Shown here piece after piece: positions 40,801 to 53,189 of a DNA stretch of 64,000 nucleotides (its first letter is position 1; every line of letters begins with the position of its first letter). The position numbers and the translations under genes are program-made. Under the pieces are notes generated by a model. The model worked only from the letters and a program-made list of their open reading frames with translations, did no database searches and had not been told where the DNA came from. This DNA comes from Eledone cirrhosa. Lineage: Eukaryota. The stretch covers positions 34,038,001 through 34,102,000 of the forward strand of contig OZ024740.1 in the NCBI GenBank assembly GCA_964016885.1. The letters are read 5' to 3'.

Positions 40801-42529
40801 GTTTAACTCTAGGCCAGGTGTGATGGAGTTAAGTTATGATAGTTGTTGTTTAACCCTAGGCCAGGTGTGATGGAATTAAATTATGACAGTTGTTGTTTTA
40901 GCCTAGGCAACGTGTGATGGAGTTAAGTTATGATAGTTGTTGTTGTTTAACCCTAGGCCAGGTGTGATGTAGTTAAGTTATGATAGTTGTTGTTTAACTC
41001 TATGCCAGGTGTGATGGAGTTAAGTTATGATAGTTGTTGTTCCTTAACCCTAGGCCAGGTGTGATGGAGTTAAGTTATGATAGTTGTTGTTTAATCCTAG
41101 GCCAGGTTGATGTAGTTAAGTTATGATAGTTGTTGTCGTTTAACCCTAGGCCAGGTGTGATGTAGTTAAGTTATGATAGTTGTTGTTTAACCCTAGGCCA
41201 GGTGTGATGGAGTTAAGTTATGATAGTTGTTGTTGTTTAACCCTAGGCCAGGTGTGATGGAGTTAAGTTATGATAGTTGTTGTTTAACCCTAGGCCAGGT
41301 GTGATGGAGTTAAGTTATGATAGTTGTTTAACTCTAGGCCAGGTGTGATGGAGTTAAGTTATGATAGTTGTTGTTTAACCCTAGGCCAGGTGTGATGTAG
41401 TTAAGTTATGATAGTTGTTGTTTAACTCTAGGCCAGGTGTGATGGAGTTAAGTTATGATAGTTGTTGTTTAACTCTAGGCCAGGTGTGATGGAGTTAAGT
41501 TATGATAGTTGTTTAACTCTAGGCCAGGTGTGATGGAGTTAAGTTATGATAGTTGTTGTTTAACCCTAGGCCAGGTGTGATGTAGTTAAGTTATGATAGT
41601 TGTTGTTTAACTCTAGGCCAGGTGTGATGGAGTTAAGTTATGATAGTTGTTGTTTAATCCTAGGCCAGGTGTGATGGAGTTAAGTTATGATAGTTGTTGT
41701 TTAACTCTAGGCCAGGTGTGATGGAGTTAAGTTATGATAGTTGTTGTTGTTTAACACTAGGCCAGGTGTGATGTAGTTAAGTTATGATAGTTGTTGTTGT
41801 TTAACCCTAGGCCAGGTGTGATGTAGTTAAGTTATGATAGTTGTTGTTGTTTAACCCTAGGCCAGGTGTGATGTAGTTAAGTTATGATAGTTGTTGTTTA
41901 ACCCTAGACCAGGTGTGATGGAGTTAAGTTATGATAGTTGTTGTTTAACTCTAGGCCAGGTGTGATGGAGTTAAGTTATGATAGTTGTTGTTTAACTCTA
42001 GGCCAGGTGTGATGGAATTAAATTATGACAGTTGTTGTTTTAGCCTAGGCAACGTGTGATGGAGTTAAGTTATGATAGTTGTTGTTGTTTAACCCTAGGC
42101 CAGGTGTGATGTAGTTAAGTTATGATAGTTGTTGTTTAACTCTAGGCCAGGTGCGATGGAGTTAAGTTATGATAGTTGTTGTTCCTTAACCCTAGGCCAG
42201 GTGTGATGGAGTTAAGTTATGATAGTTGTTTAATCCTAGGCCAGGTGTGATGTAGTTAAGTTATGATAGTTGTTGTTGTTTAACCCTAGGCCAGGTGTGA
42301 TGGAGTTAAGTTATGATAGTTGTTGTTTAACTCTAGGCCAGGTGTGATGGAGTTAAGTTATGATAGTTGTTGTTGTTTAACCCTAGGCCAGGTGTGATGG
42401 AGTTGTTATAGAACTTGTTTAACTCTAGGCCAGGTGTGATGGAGTTAAGTTATGATAGTTGTTGTTTAACCCTAGTCCAGGTGTGATGGAGTTAAGTTAT
42501 GATAGTTGTTGTTTAACCCTAGGCCAGGT

Positions 42530-45500
42530 GTGATGGAGTAAAGTTATGATAGTTGTTGTTTAACCCTAGGCCAGGTGTGATGGAGTTAAGTTATGATAGT
42601 TGTTGTTTAATCCTAGGCCAGGTGTGATGGAGTTAAGTTATGATAGTTGTTGTTTAACCCTAGGCCAGGTGTGATGGAGTTAAGTTATGATAGTTGTTGT
42701 TTAATCCTAGGCCAGGTGTGATGGAGTTAAGTTATGATAGTTGTTGTTTAACCCTAGGCCAGGTGTGATGGAGTTAAGTTATGATAGTTGTTGTTTAACC
42801 CTAGGCCAGGTGTGATGGAGTTAAGTTATGATAGTTGTTGTTTAACCCTAGGCCAGGTGTGATGGAGTTAAGTTATGATAGTTGTTGTTTAACCCTAGGT
42901 CAGGTGTGATGGAGTTAAGTTATGATAGTTGTTGTTTAACCCTAGGCCAGGTGTGATGGAGTAAAGTTATGATAGTTGTTGTTTAACCCTAGGCCAGGTG
43001 TGATGGAGTTAAGTTATGATAGTTGTTGTTTAATCCTAGGCCAGGTGTGATGGAGTTAAGTTATGATAGTTGTTGTTTAACCCTAGGCCAAGTGTGATGG
43101 AGTTAAGTTATGATAGTTGTTGTTGTTTAACCCTAGGCCAGGTGTGATGTAGTTAAGTTATGATAGTTGTTGTTGTTTAACCCTAGGCCAGGTGTGATGG
43201 AGTTAAGTTATGATAGTTGTTTAACCCTAGGCTAGGTGTGATGGAGTTAAGTTATGATAGTTGTTGTTTAACTCTAGGCTAGGTGTGATGTAGTTAAGTT
43301 ATGCTAGTTGTTGTTTAACCCTAGGCCAGGTATGATGGAGTTAAGTTATGATAGTTGTTGTTTAACCCTAGGCCCGGTGTGATGGAGTTAAGATATGATA
43401 GTTGTTGTTCCTTAACCCTAGGCCAAGTGTGATGGAGTTAAGTTATGATAGTTGTTGTTTAATCCTAGGCCAGGTGTGATGGAGTTAAGTTATGATAGTT
43501 GTTGTTCCTTAACCCTAGGCCAAGTGTGATGGAGTTAAGTTATGATAGTTGTTGTTCCTTAACCCTAGGCCAGGTGTGATGGAGTTAAGTTATGATAGTT
43601 GTTGTTTAATCCTAGGCCAGGTGTGATGGAGTTAAGTTATGATAGTTGTTGTTTAACTCTAGGCCAGGTGTGATGGAGTTAAGTTATGATAGTTGTTGTT
43701 GTTTAACACTAGGCCAGGTGTGATGTAGTTAAGTTATGATAGTTGTTGTTGTTTAACCCTAGGCCAGGTGTGATGTAGTTAAGTTATGATAGTTGTTGTT
43801 GTTTAACCCTAGGCCAGGTGTGATGTAGTTAAGTTATGATAGTTGTTGTTTAACCCTAGGCCAGGTGTGATGGAGTTAAGTTATGATAGTTGTTGTTTAA
43901 CTCTAGGCCAGGTGTGATGGAGTTAAGTTATGATAGTTGTTGTTTAACTCTAGGCCAGGTGTGATGGAATTAAATTATGACAGTTGTTGTTTTAGCCTAG
44001 GCAACGTGTGATGGAGTTAAGTTATGATAGTTGTTGTTGTTTAACCCTAGGCCAGGTGTGATGTAGTTAAGTTATGATAGTTGTTGTTTAACTCTAGGCC
44101 AGGTGCGATGGAGTTAAGTTATGATAGTTGTTGTTCCTTAACCCTAGGCCAGGTGTGATGGAGTTAAGTTATGATAGTTGTTTAATCCTAGGCCAGGTGT
44201 GATGTAGTTAAGTTATGATAGTTGTTGTTGTTTAACCCTAGGCCAGGTGTGATGGAGTTAAGTTATGATAGTTGTTGTTTAACTCTAGGCCAGGTGTGAT
44301 GGAGTTAAGTTATGATAGTTGTTGTTGTTTAACCCTAGGCCAGGTGTGATGGAGTTAAGTTATGATAGTTGTTGTTTAACTCTAGGCCAGGTGTGATGGA
44401 GTTAAGTTATGATAGTTGTTGTTGTTTAACCCTAGGCCAGGTGTGATGGAGTTAAGTTATGATAGTTGTTGTTTAACCCTAGGCCAGGTGTGATGGAGTT
44501 AAGTTATGATAGTTGTTGTTTAACCCTAGGCCAGGTGTGATGGAATTAAATTATGACAGTTGTTGTTTTAGCCTAGGCCAGGTGTGATGGAGTTAAGTTA
44601 TGATAGTTGTTGTTTAACCCTAGGCCAGGTGTGATGTAGTTAAGTTATGATAGTTGTTGTTTAACCCTAGGCCAGGTGTGATGGAATTAAGTTATGATAG
44701 TTGTTGTTTAACCCTAGGCCAGGTGTGATGGAGTTAAGTTATGATAGTTGTTGTTTAATCCTAGGCCAGGTGTGATGGAGTTAAGTTATGATAGTTGTTG
44801 TTTAATCCTAGGCCAGGTGTGATGTAGTTAAGTTATGATAGTTGTTGTTTAACTCTATGCCAGGTGTGATGGAGTTAAGTTATGATAGTTGTTGTTCCTT
44901 AACCCTAGGCCAGGTGTGATGGAGTTAAGTTATGATAGTTGTTGTTTAATCCTAGGCCAGGTGTGATGTAGTTAAGTTATGATAGTTGTTGTTGTTTAAC
45001 CCTAGGCCAGGTGTGATGTAGTTAAGTTATGATAGTTGTTGTTTAACTCTAGGCCAGGTGTGATGGAGTTAAGTTATGATAGTTGTTGTTTAACCCTAGG
45101 CCAGGTGTGATGTAGTTAAGTTATGATAGTTGTTGTTTAACTCTAGGCCAGGTGTGATGGAGTTAAGTTATGATAGTTGTTGTTTAACTCTAGGCCAGGT
45201 GTGATGGAGTTAAGTTAGGATAGTTGTTGTTTAACCCTAGGCCAGGAGTGATGGAGTTAAGTTATGATAGTTGTTGTTCCTTAACCCTAGGCCAAGTGTG
45301 ATGGAGTTAAGTTATGATAGTTGTTGTTCCTTAACCCTAGGCCAGGTGTGATGGAGTTAAGTTATGATAGTTGTTGTTTAATCCTAGGCCAGGTGTGATG
45401 GAGTTAAGTTATGATAGTTGTTGTTTAACTCTAGGCCAGGTGTGATGGAGTTAAGTTATGATAGCTGTTGTTTAACTCTAGGCCAGGTGTGATGGAGTTA

Positions 45501-48500
45501 AGTTGTGATAGTTGTTGTTGTTTAACACTAGGCCAGGTGTGATGTAGTTAAGTTATGATAGTTGTTGTTGTTTAACCCTAGGCCAGGTGTGATGGAGTAA
45601 AGTTATGATAGTTGTTGTTTAACCCTAGGCCAGGTGTGATGGAGTTAAGTTATGATAGTTGTTGTTTAATCCTAGGCCAGGTGTGATGGAGTTAAGTTAT
45701 GATAGTTGTTGTTTAACCCTAGGCCAGGTGTGATGGAGTTAAGTTATGATAGTTGTTGTTTAATCCTAGGCCAGGTGTGATGGAGTTAAGTTATGATAGT
45801 TGTTGTTTAACCCTAGGCCAGGTGTGATGGAGTTAAGTTATGATAGTTGTTGTTTAACCCTAGGCCAGGTGTGATGGAGTTAAGTTATGATAGTTGTTGT
45901 TTAACCCTAGGCCAGGTGTGATGGAGTTAAGTTATGATAGTTGTTGTTTAACCCTAGGTCAGGTGTGATGGAGTTAAGTTATGATAGTTGTTGTTTAACC
46001 CTAGGCCAGGTGTGATGGAGTAAAGTTATGATAGTTGTTGTTTAACCCTAGGCCAGGTGTGATGGAGTTAAGTTATGATAGTTGTTGTTTAATCCTAGGC
46101 CAGGTGTGATGGAGTTAAGTTATGATAGTTGTTGTTTAACCCTAGGCCAAGTGTGATGGAGTTAAGTTATGATAGTTGTTGTTGTTTAACCCTAGGCCAG
46201 GTGTGATGTAGTTAAGTTATGATAGTTGTTGTTGTTTAACCCTAGGCCAGGTGTGATGGAGTTAAGTTATGATAGTTGTTTAACCCTAGGCTAGGTGTGA
46301 TGGAGTTAAGTTATGATAGTTGTTGTTTAACTCTAGGCTAGGTGTGATGTAGTTAAGTTATGCTAGTTGTTGTTTAACCCTAGGCCAGGTATGATGGAGT
46401 TAAGTTATGATAGTTGTTGTTTAACCCTAGGCCCGGTGTGATGGAGTTAAGATATGATAGTTGTTGTTCCTTAACCCTAGGCCAAGTGTGATGGAGTTAA
46501 GTTATGATAGTTGTTGTTTAATCCTAGGCCAGGTGTGATGGAGTTAAGTTATGATAGTTGTTGTTCCTTAACCCTAGGCCAAGTGTGATGGAGTTAAGTT
46601 ATGATAGTTGTTGTTCCTTAACCCTAGGCCAGGTGTGATGGAGTTAAGTTATGATAGTTGTTGTTTAATCCTAGGCCAGGTGTGATGGAGTTAAGTTATG
46701 ATAGTTGTTGTTTAACTCTAGGCCAGGTGTGATGGAGTTAAGTTATGATAGTTGTTGTTGTTTAACACTAGGCCAGGTGTGATGTAGTTAAGTTATGATA
46801 GTTGTTGTTGTTTAACCCTAGGCCAGGTGTGATGTAGTTAAGTTATGATAGTTGTTGTTGTTTAACCCTAGGCCAGGTGTGATGTAGTTAAGTTATGATA
46901 GTTGTTGTTTAACCCTAGGCCAGGTGTGATGGAGTTAAGTTATGATAGTTGTTGTTTAACTCTAGGCCAGGTGTGATGGAGTTAAGTTATGATAGTTGTT
47001 GTTTAACTCTAGGCCAGGTGTGATGGAATTAAATTATGACAGTTGTTGTTTTAGCCTAGGCAACGTGTGATGGAGTTAAGTTATGATAGTTGTTGTTGTT
47101 TAACCCTAGGCCAGGTGTGATGTAGTTAAGTTATGATAGTTGTTGTTTAACTCTAGGCCAGGTGCGATGGAGTTAAGTTATGATAGTTGTTGTTCCTTAA
47201 CCCTAGGCCAGGTGTGATGGAGTTAAGTTATGATAGTTGTTTAATCCTAGGCCAGGTGTGATGTAGTTAAGTTATGATAGTTGTTGTTGTTTAACCCTAG
47301 GCCAGGTGTGATGGAGTTAAGTTATGATAGTTGTTGTTTAACTCTAGGCCAGGTGTGATGGAGTTAAGTTATGATAGTTGTTGTTGTTTAACCCTAGGCC
47401 AGGTGTGATGGAGTTAAGTTATGATAGTTGTTGTTTAACTCTAGGCCAGGTGTGATGGAGTTAAGTTATGATAGTTGTTGTTGTTTAACCCTAGGCCAGG
47501 TGTGATGGAGTTAAGTTATGATAGTTGTTGTTTAACCCTAGGCCAGGTGTGATGGAGTTAAGTTATGATAGTTGTTGTTTAACCCTAGGCCAGGTGTGAT
47601 GGAATTAAATTATGACAGTTGTTGTTTTAGCCTAGGCCAGGTGTGATGGAGTTAAGTTATGATAGTTGTTGTTTAACCCTAGGCCAGGTGTGATGTAGTT
47701 AAGTTATGATAGTTGTTGTTTAACCCTAGGCCAGGTGTGATGGAATTAAGTTATGATAGTTGTTGTTTAACCCTAGGCCAGGTGTGATGGAGTTAAGTTA
47801 TGATAGTTGTTGTTTAATCCTAGGCCAGGTGTGATGGAGTTAAGTTATGATAGTTGTTGTTTAATCCTAGGCCAGGTGTGATGTAGTTAAGTTATGATAG
47901 TTGTTGTTTAACTCTATGCCAGGTGTGATGGAGTTAAGTTATGATAGTTGTTGTTCCTTAACCCTAGGCCAGGTGTGATGGAGTTAAGTTATGATAGTTG
48001 TTGTTTAATCCTAGGCCAGGTGTGATGTAGTTAAGTTATGATAGTTGTTGTTGTTTAACCCTAGGCCAGGTGTGATGTAGTTAAGTTATGATAGTTGTTG
48101 TTTAACTCTAGGCCAGGTGTGATGGAGTTAAGTTATGATAGTTGTTGTTTAACCCTAGGCCAGGTGTGATGTAGTTAAGTTATGATAGTTGTTGTTTAAC
48201 TCTAGGCCAGGTGTGATGGAGTTAAGTTATGATAGTTGTTGTTTAACTCTAGGCCAGGTGTGATGGAGTTAAGTTAGGATAGTTGTTGTTTAACCCTAGG
48301 CCAGGAGTGATGGAGTTAAGTTATGATAGTTGTTGTTCCTTAACCCTAGGCCAAGTGTGATGGAGTTAAGTTATGATAGTTGTTGTTCCTTAACCCTAGG
48401 CCAGGTGTGATGGAGTTAAGTTATGATAGTTGTTGTTTAATCCTAGGCCAGGTGTGATGGAGTTAAGTTATGATAGTTGTTGTTTAACTCTAGGCCAGGT

Positions 48501-48640
48501 GTGATGGAGTTAAGTTATGATAGCTGTTGTTTAACTCTAGGCCAGGTGTGATGGAGTTAAGTTGTGATAGTTGTTGTTGTTTAACACTAGGCCAGGTGTG
48601 ATGTAGTTAAGTTATGATAGTTGTTGTTGTTTAACCCTAG
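42530..48640 (+). repeat. Tandem duplication with a 3,059-bp period
   Basis: Divergent monomer at 43967/47026 and 44543/47602; CCAGGAG at about 45246/48305. Confidence 0.85.
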
Positions 48641-51600
48641 GCCAGGTGTGATGTAGTTAAGTTATGATAGTTGTTGTTGTTTAACCCTAGGCCAGGTGTG
48701 ATGTAGTTAAGTTATGATAGTTGTTGTTTAACTCTAGGCCAGGTGTGATGGAGTTAAGTTATGATAGTTGTTGTTTAACCCTAGGCCAGGTGTGATGGAG
48801 TTAAGTTATGATAGTTGTTGTTTAACTCTAGGCCAGGTGTGATGGAGTTAAGTTATGATAGTTGTTGTTTAACCCTAGGCCAGGTGTGATGGAGTTAAAT
48901 TGTGATAGTTGTTGTTGTTTAACACTAGGCCAGGTGTGATGTAGTTAAGTTATGATAGTTGTTGTTGTTTAACCCTAGGCCAGGTGTGATGTAGTTAAGT
49001 TATGATAGTTGTTGTTGTTTAACCCTAGGCCAGGTGTGATGTAGTTAAGTTATGATAGTTGTTGTTTAACTCTAGGCCAGGTGTGATGGAGTTAAGTTAT
49101 GATAGTTGTTGTTTAACCCTAGGCCAGGTGTGATGGAGTTAAGTTATGATAGTTGTTGTTTAACTCTAGGCCAGGTGTGATGGAGTTAAGTTATGATAGT
49201 TGTTGTTTAACCCTAGGCCAGGTGTGATGGAATTAAATTATGACAGTTGTTGTTTTAGCCTAGGCAACGTGTGATGGAGTTAAGTTATGATAGTTGTTGT
49301 TGTTTAACCCTAGGCCAGGTGTGATGTAGTTAAGTTATGATAGTTGTTGTTTAACTCTAGGCCAGGTGTGATGGAGTTAAGTTATGATAGTTGTTGTTCC
49401 TTAACCCTAGGCCAGGTGTGATGGAGTTAAGTTATGATAGTTGTTTAATCCTAGGCCAGGTGTGATGTAGTTAAGTTATGATAGTTGTTGTTGTTTAACC
49501 CTAGGCCAGGTGTGATGTAGTTAAGTTATGATAGTTGTTGTTTAACCCTAGGCCAGGTGTGATGGAGTTAAGTTATGATAGTTGTTGTTTAACTCTAGGC
49601 CAGGTGTGATGGAGTTAAGTTATGATAGTTGTTGTTGTTTAACCCTAGGCCAGGTGTGATGGAGTTAAGTTATGATAGTTGTTGTTTAACCCTAGGCCAG
49701 GTGTGATGGAGTTAAGTTATGATAGTTGTTGTTGTTTAACCCTAGGCCAGGTGTGATGTAGTTAAGTTATGATAGTTGTTGTTTAACTCTAGGCCAGGTG
49801 TGATGGAGTTAAGTTATGATAGTTGTTGTTTAACCCTAGGCCAGGTGTGATGGAATTAAATTATGACAGTTGTTGTTTTAGCCTAGGCAACGTGTGATGG
49901 AGTTAAGTTATGATAGTTGTTGTTGTTTAACCCTAGGCCAGGTGTGATGTAGTTAAGTTATGATAGTTGTTGTTTAACTCTATGCCAGGTGTGATGGAGT
50001 TAAGTTATGATAGTTGTTGTTCCTTAACCCTAGGCCAGGTGTGATGGAGTTAAGTTATGATAGTTGTTGTTTAATCCTAGGCCAGGTTGATGTAGTTAAG
50101 TTATGATAGTTGTTGTCGTTTAACCCTAGGCCAGGTGTGATGTAGTTAAGTTATGATAGTTGTTGTTTAACCCTAGGCCAGGTGTGATGGAGTTAAGTTA
50201 TGATAGTTGTTGTTGTTTAACCCTAGGCCAGGTGTGATGGAGTTAAGTTATGATAGTTGTTGTTTAACCCTAGGCCAGGTGTGATGGAGTTAAGTTATGA
50301 TAGTTGTTTAACTCTAGGCCAGGTGTGATGGAGTTAAGTTATGATAGTTGTTGTTTAACCCTAGGCCAGGTGTGATGTAGTTAAGTTATGATAGTTGTTG
50401 TTTAACTCTAGGCCAGGTGTGATGGAGTTAAGTTATGATAGTTGTTGTTTAACTCTAGGCCAGGTGTGATGGAGTTAAGTTATGATAGTTGTTTAACTCT
50501 AGGCCAGGTGTGATGGAGTTAAGTTATGATAGTTGTTGTTTAACCCTAGGCCAGGTGTGATGTAGTTAAGTTATGATAGTTGTTGTTTAACTCTAGGCCA
50601 GGTGTGATGGAGTTAAGTTATGATAGTTGTTGTTCCTTAACCCTAGGCCAGGTGTGATGGAGTTAAGTTATGATAGTTGTTTAACCCTAGGCCAGGTGTG
50701 ATGTAGTTAAGTTATGATAGTTGTTGTTTAACTCTAGGCCAGGTGTGATGGAGTTAAGTTATGATAGTTGTTGTTCCTTAACCCTAGGCCAGGTGTGATG
50801 GAGTTAAGTTATGATAGTTGTTTAATCCTAGGCCAGGTGTGATGTAGTTAAGTTATGATAGTTGTTGTTGTTTAACCCTAGGCCAGGTGTGATGTAGTTA
50901 AGTTATGATAGTTGTTGTTTAACCCTAGGCCAGGTGTGATGGAGTTAAGTTATGATAGTTGTTGTTGTTTAACACTAGGCCAGGTGTGATGTAGTTAAGT
51001 TATGATAGTTGTTGTTTAACCCTAGGCCAGGTGTGATGGAGTTAAGTTATGATAGTTGTTGTTTAACTCTAGGCCAGGTGTGATGGAGTTAAGTTATGAT
51101 AGTTGTTGTTTAACTCTAGGCCAGGTGTGATGGAATTAAATTATGACAGTTGTTGTTTTAGCCTAGGCAACGTGTGATGGAGTTAAGTTATGATAGTTGT
51201 TGTTGTTTAACCCTAGGCCAGGTGTGATGTAGTTAAGTTATGATAGTTGTTGTTTAACTCTAGGCCAGGTGCGATGGAGTTAAGTTATGATAGTTGTTGT
51301 TCCTTAACCCTAGGCTAGGTGTGATGGAGTTAAGTTATGATAGTTGTTTAATCCTAGGCCAGGTGTGATGTAGTTAAGTTATGATAGTTGTTGTTGTTTA
51401 ACCCTAGGCCAGGTGTGATGGAGTTAAGTTATGATAGTTGTTGTTTAACTCTAGGCCAGGTGTGATGGAGTTAAGTTATGATAGTTGTTGTTGTTTAACC
51501 CTAGGCCAGGTGTGATGGAGTTAAGTTATGATAGTTGTTGTTTAACTCTAGGCCAGGTGTGATGGAGTTAAGTTATGATAGTTGTTGTTGTTTAACCCTA

Positions 51601-53189
51601 GGCCAGGTGTGATGGAGTTAAGTTATGATAGTTGTTGTTTAACCCTAGGCCAGGTGTGATGGAGTTAAGTTATGATAGTTGTTGTTTAACCCTAGGCCAG
51701 GTGTGATGGAATTAAATTATGACAGTTGTTGTTTTAGCCTAGGCAACGTGTGATGGAGTTAAGTTATGATAGTTGTTGTTGTTTAACCCTAGGCCAGGTG
51801 TGATGTAGTTAAGTTATGATAGTTGTTGTTTAACTCTATGCCAGGTGTGATGGAGTTAAGTTATGATAGTTGTTGTTCCTTAACCCTAGGCCAGGTGTGA
51901 TGGAGTTAAGTTATGATAGTTGTTGTTTAATCCTAGGCCAGGTGTGATGTAGTTAAGTTATGATAGTTGTTGTTGTTTAACCCTAGGCCAGGTGTGATGT
52001 AGTTAAGTTATGATAGTTGTTGTTTAACCCTAGGCCAGGTGTGATGGAGTTAAGTTATGATAGTTGTTGTTTAACTCTAGGCCAGGTGTGATGGAGTTAA
52101 GTTATGATAGTTGTTGTTTAACCCTAGGCCAGGTGTGATGTAGTTAAGTTATGATAGTTGTTGTTTAACTCTAGGCCAGGTGTGATGGAGTTAAGTTATG
52201 ATAGTTGTTGTTTAACTCTAGGCCAGGTGTGATGGAGTTAAGTTAGGATAGTTGTTGTTTAACCCTAGGCCAGGAGTGATGGAGTTAAGTTATGATAGTT
52301 GTTGTTCCTTAACCCTAGGCCAAGTGTGATGGAGTTAAGTTATGATAGTTGTTGTTCCTTAACCCTAGGCCAGGTGTGATGGAGTTAAGTTATGATAGTT
52401 GTTGTCTAATCCTAGGCCAGGTGTGATGGAGTTAAGTTATGATAGTTGTTGTTTAACTCTAGGCCAGGTGTGATGGAGTTAAGTTATGATAGCTGTTGTT
52501 TAACTCTAGGCCAGGTGTGATGGAGTTAAGTTGTGATAGTTGTTGTTGTTTAACACTAGGCCAGGTGTGATGTAGTTAAGTTATGATAGTTGTTGTTGTT
52601 TAACCCTAGGCCAGGTGTGATGTAGTTAAGTTATGATAGTTGTTGTTGTTTAACCCTAGGCCAGGTGTGATGTAGTTAAGTTATGATAGTTGTTGTTTAA
52701 CTCTAGGCCAGGTGTGATGGAGTTAAGTTATGATAGTTGTTGTTTAACCCTAGGCCAGGTGTGATGGAGTTAAGTTATGATAGTTGTTGTTTAACTCTAG
52801 GCCAGGTGTGATGGAGTTAAGTTATGATAGTTGTTGTTTAACCCTAGGCCAGGTGTGATGGAATTAAATTATGACAGTTGTTGTTTTAGCCTAGGCAACG
52901 TGTGATGGAGTTAAGTTATGATAGTTGTTGTTGTTTAACCCTAGGCCAGGTGTGATGTAGTTAAGTTATGATAGTTGTTGTTTAACTCTAGGCCAGGTGT
53001 GATGGAGTTAAGTTATGATAGTTGTTGTTCCTTAACCCTAGGCCAGGTGTGATGGAGTTAAGTTATGATAGTTGTTTAATCCTAGGCCAGGTGTGATGTA
53101 GTTAAGTTATGATAGTTGTTGTTGTTTAACCCTAGGCCAGGTGTGATGTAGTTAAGTTATGATAGTTGTTGTTTAACCCTAGGCCAGGT

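Larger units (their letters stand above)
1..53100. repeat. Array domain 1: contains the 7-substitution divergent monomer and the TTCCTT monomer; made of recent kb-scale duplications
   Basis: GGAATTAAATTATGACAG...TTTTAGCC occurs about 46 times between 530 and about 52900. TTCCTTAACC was last seen at about 53030. Neither was seen downstream. Confidence 0.85.
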
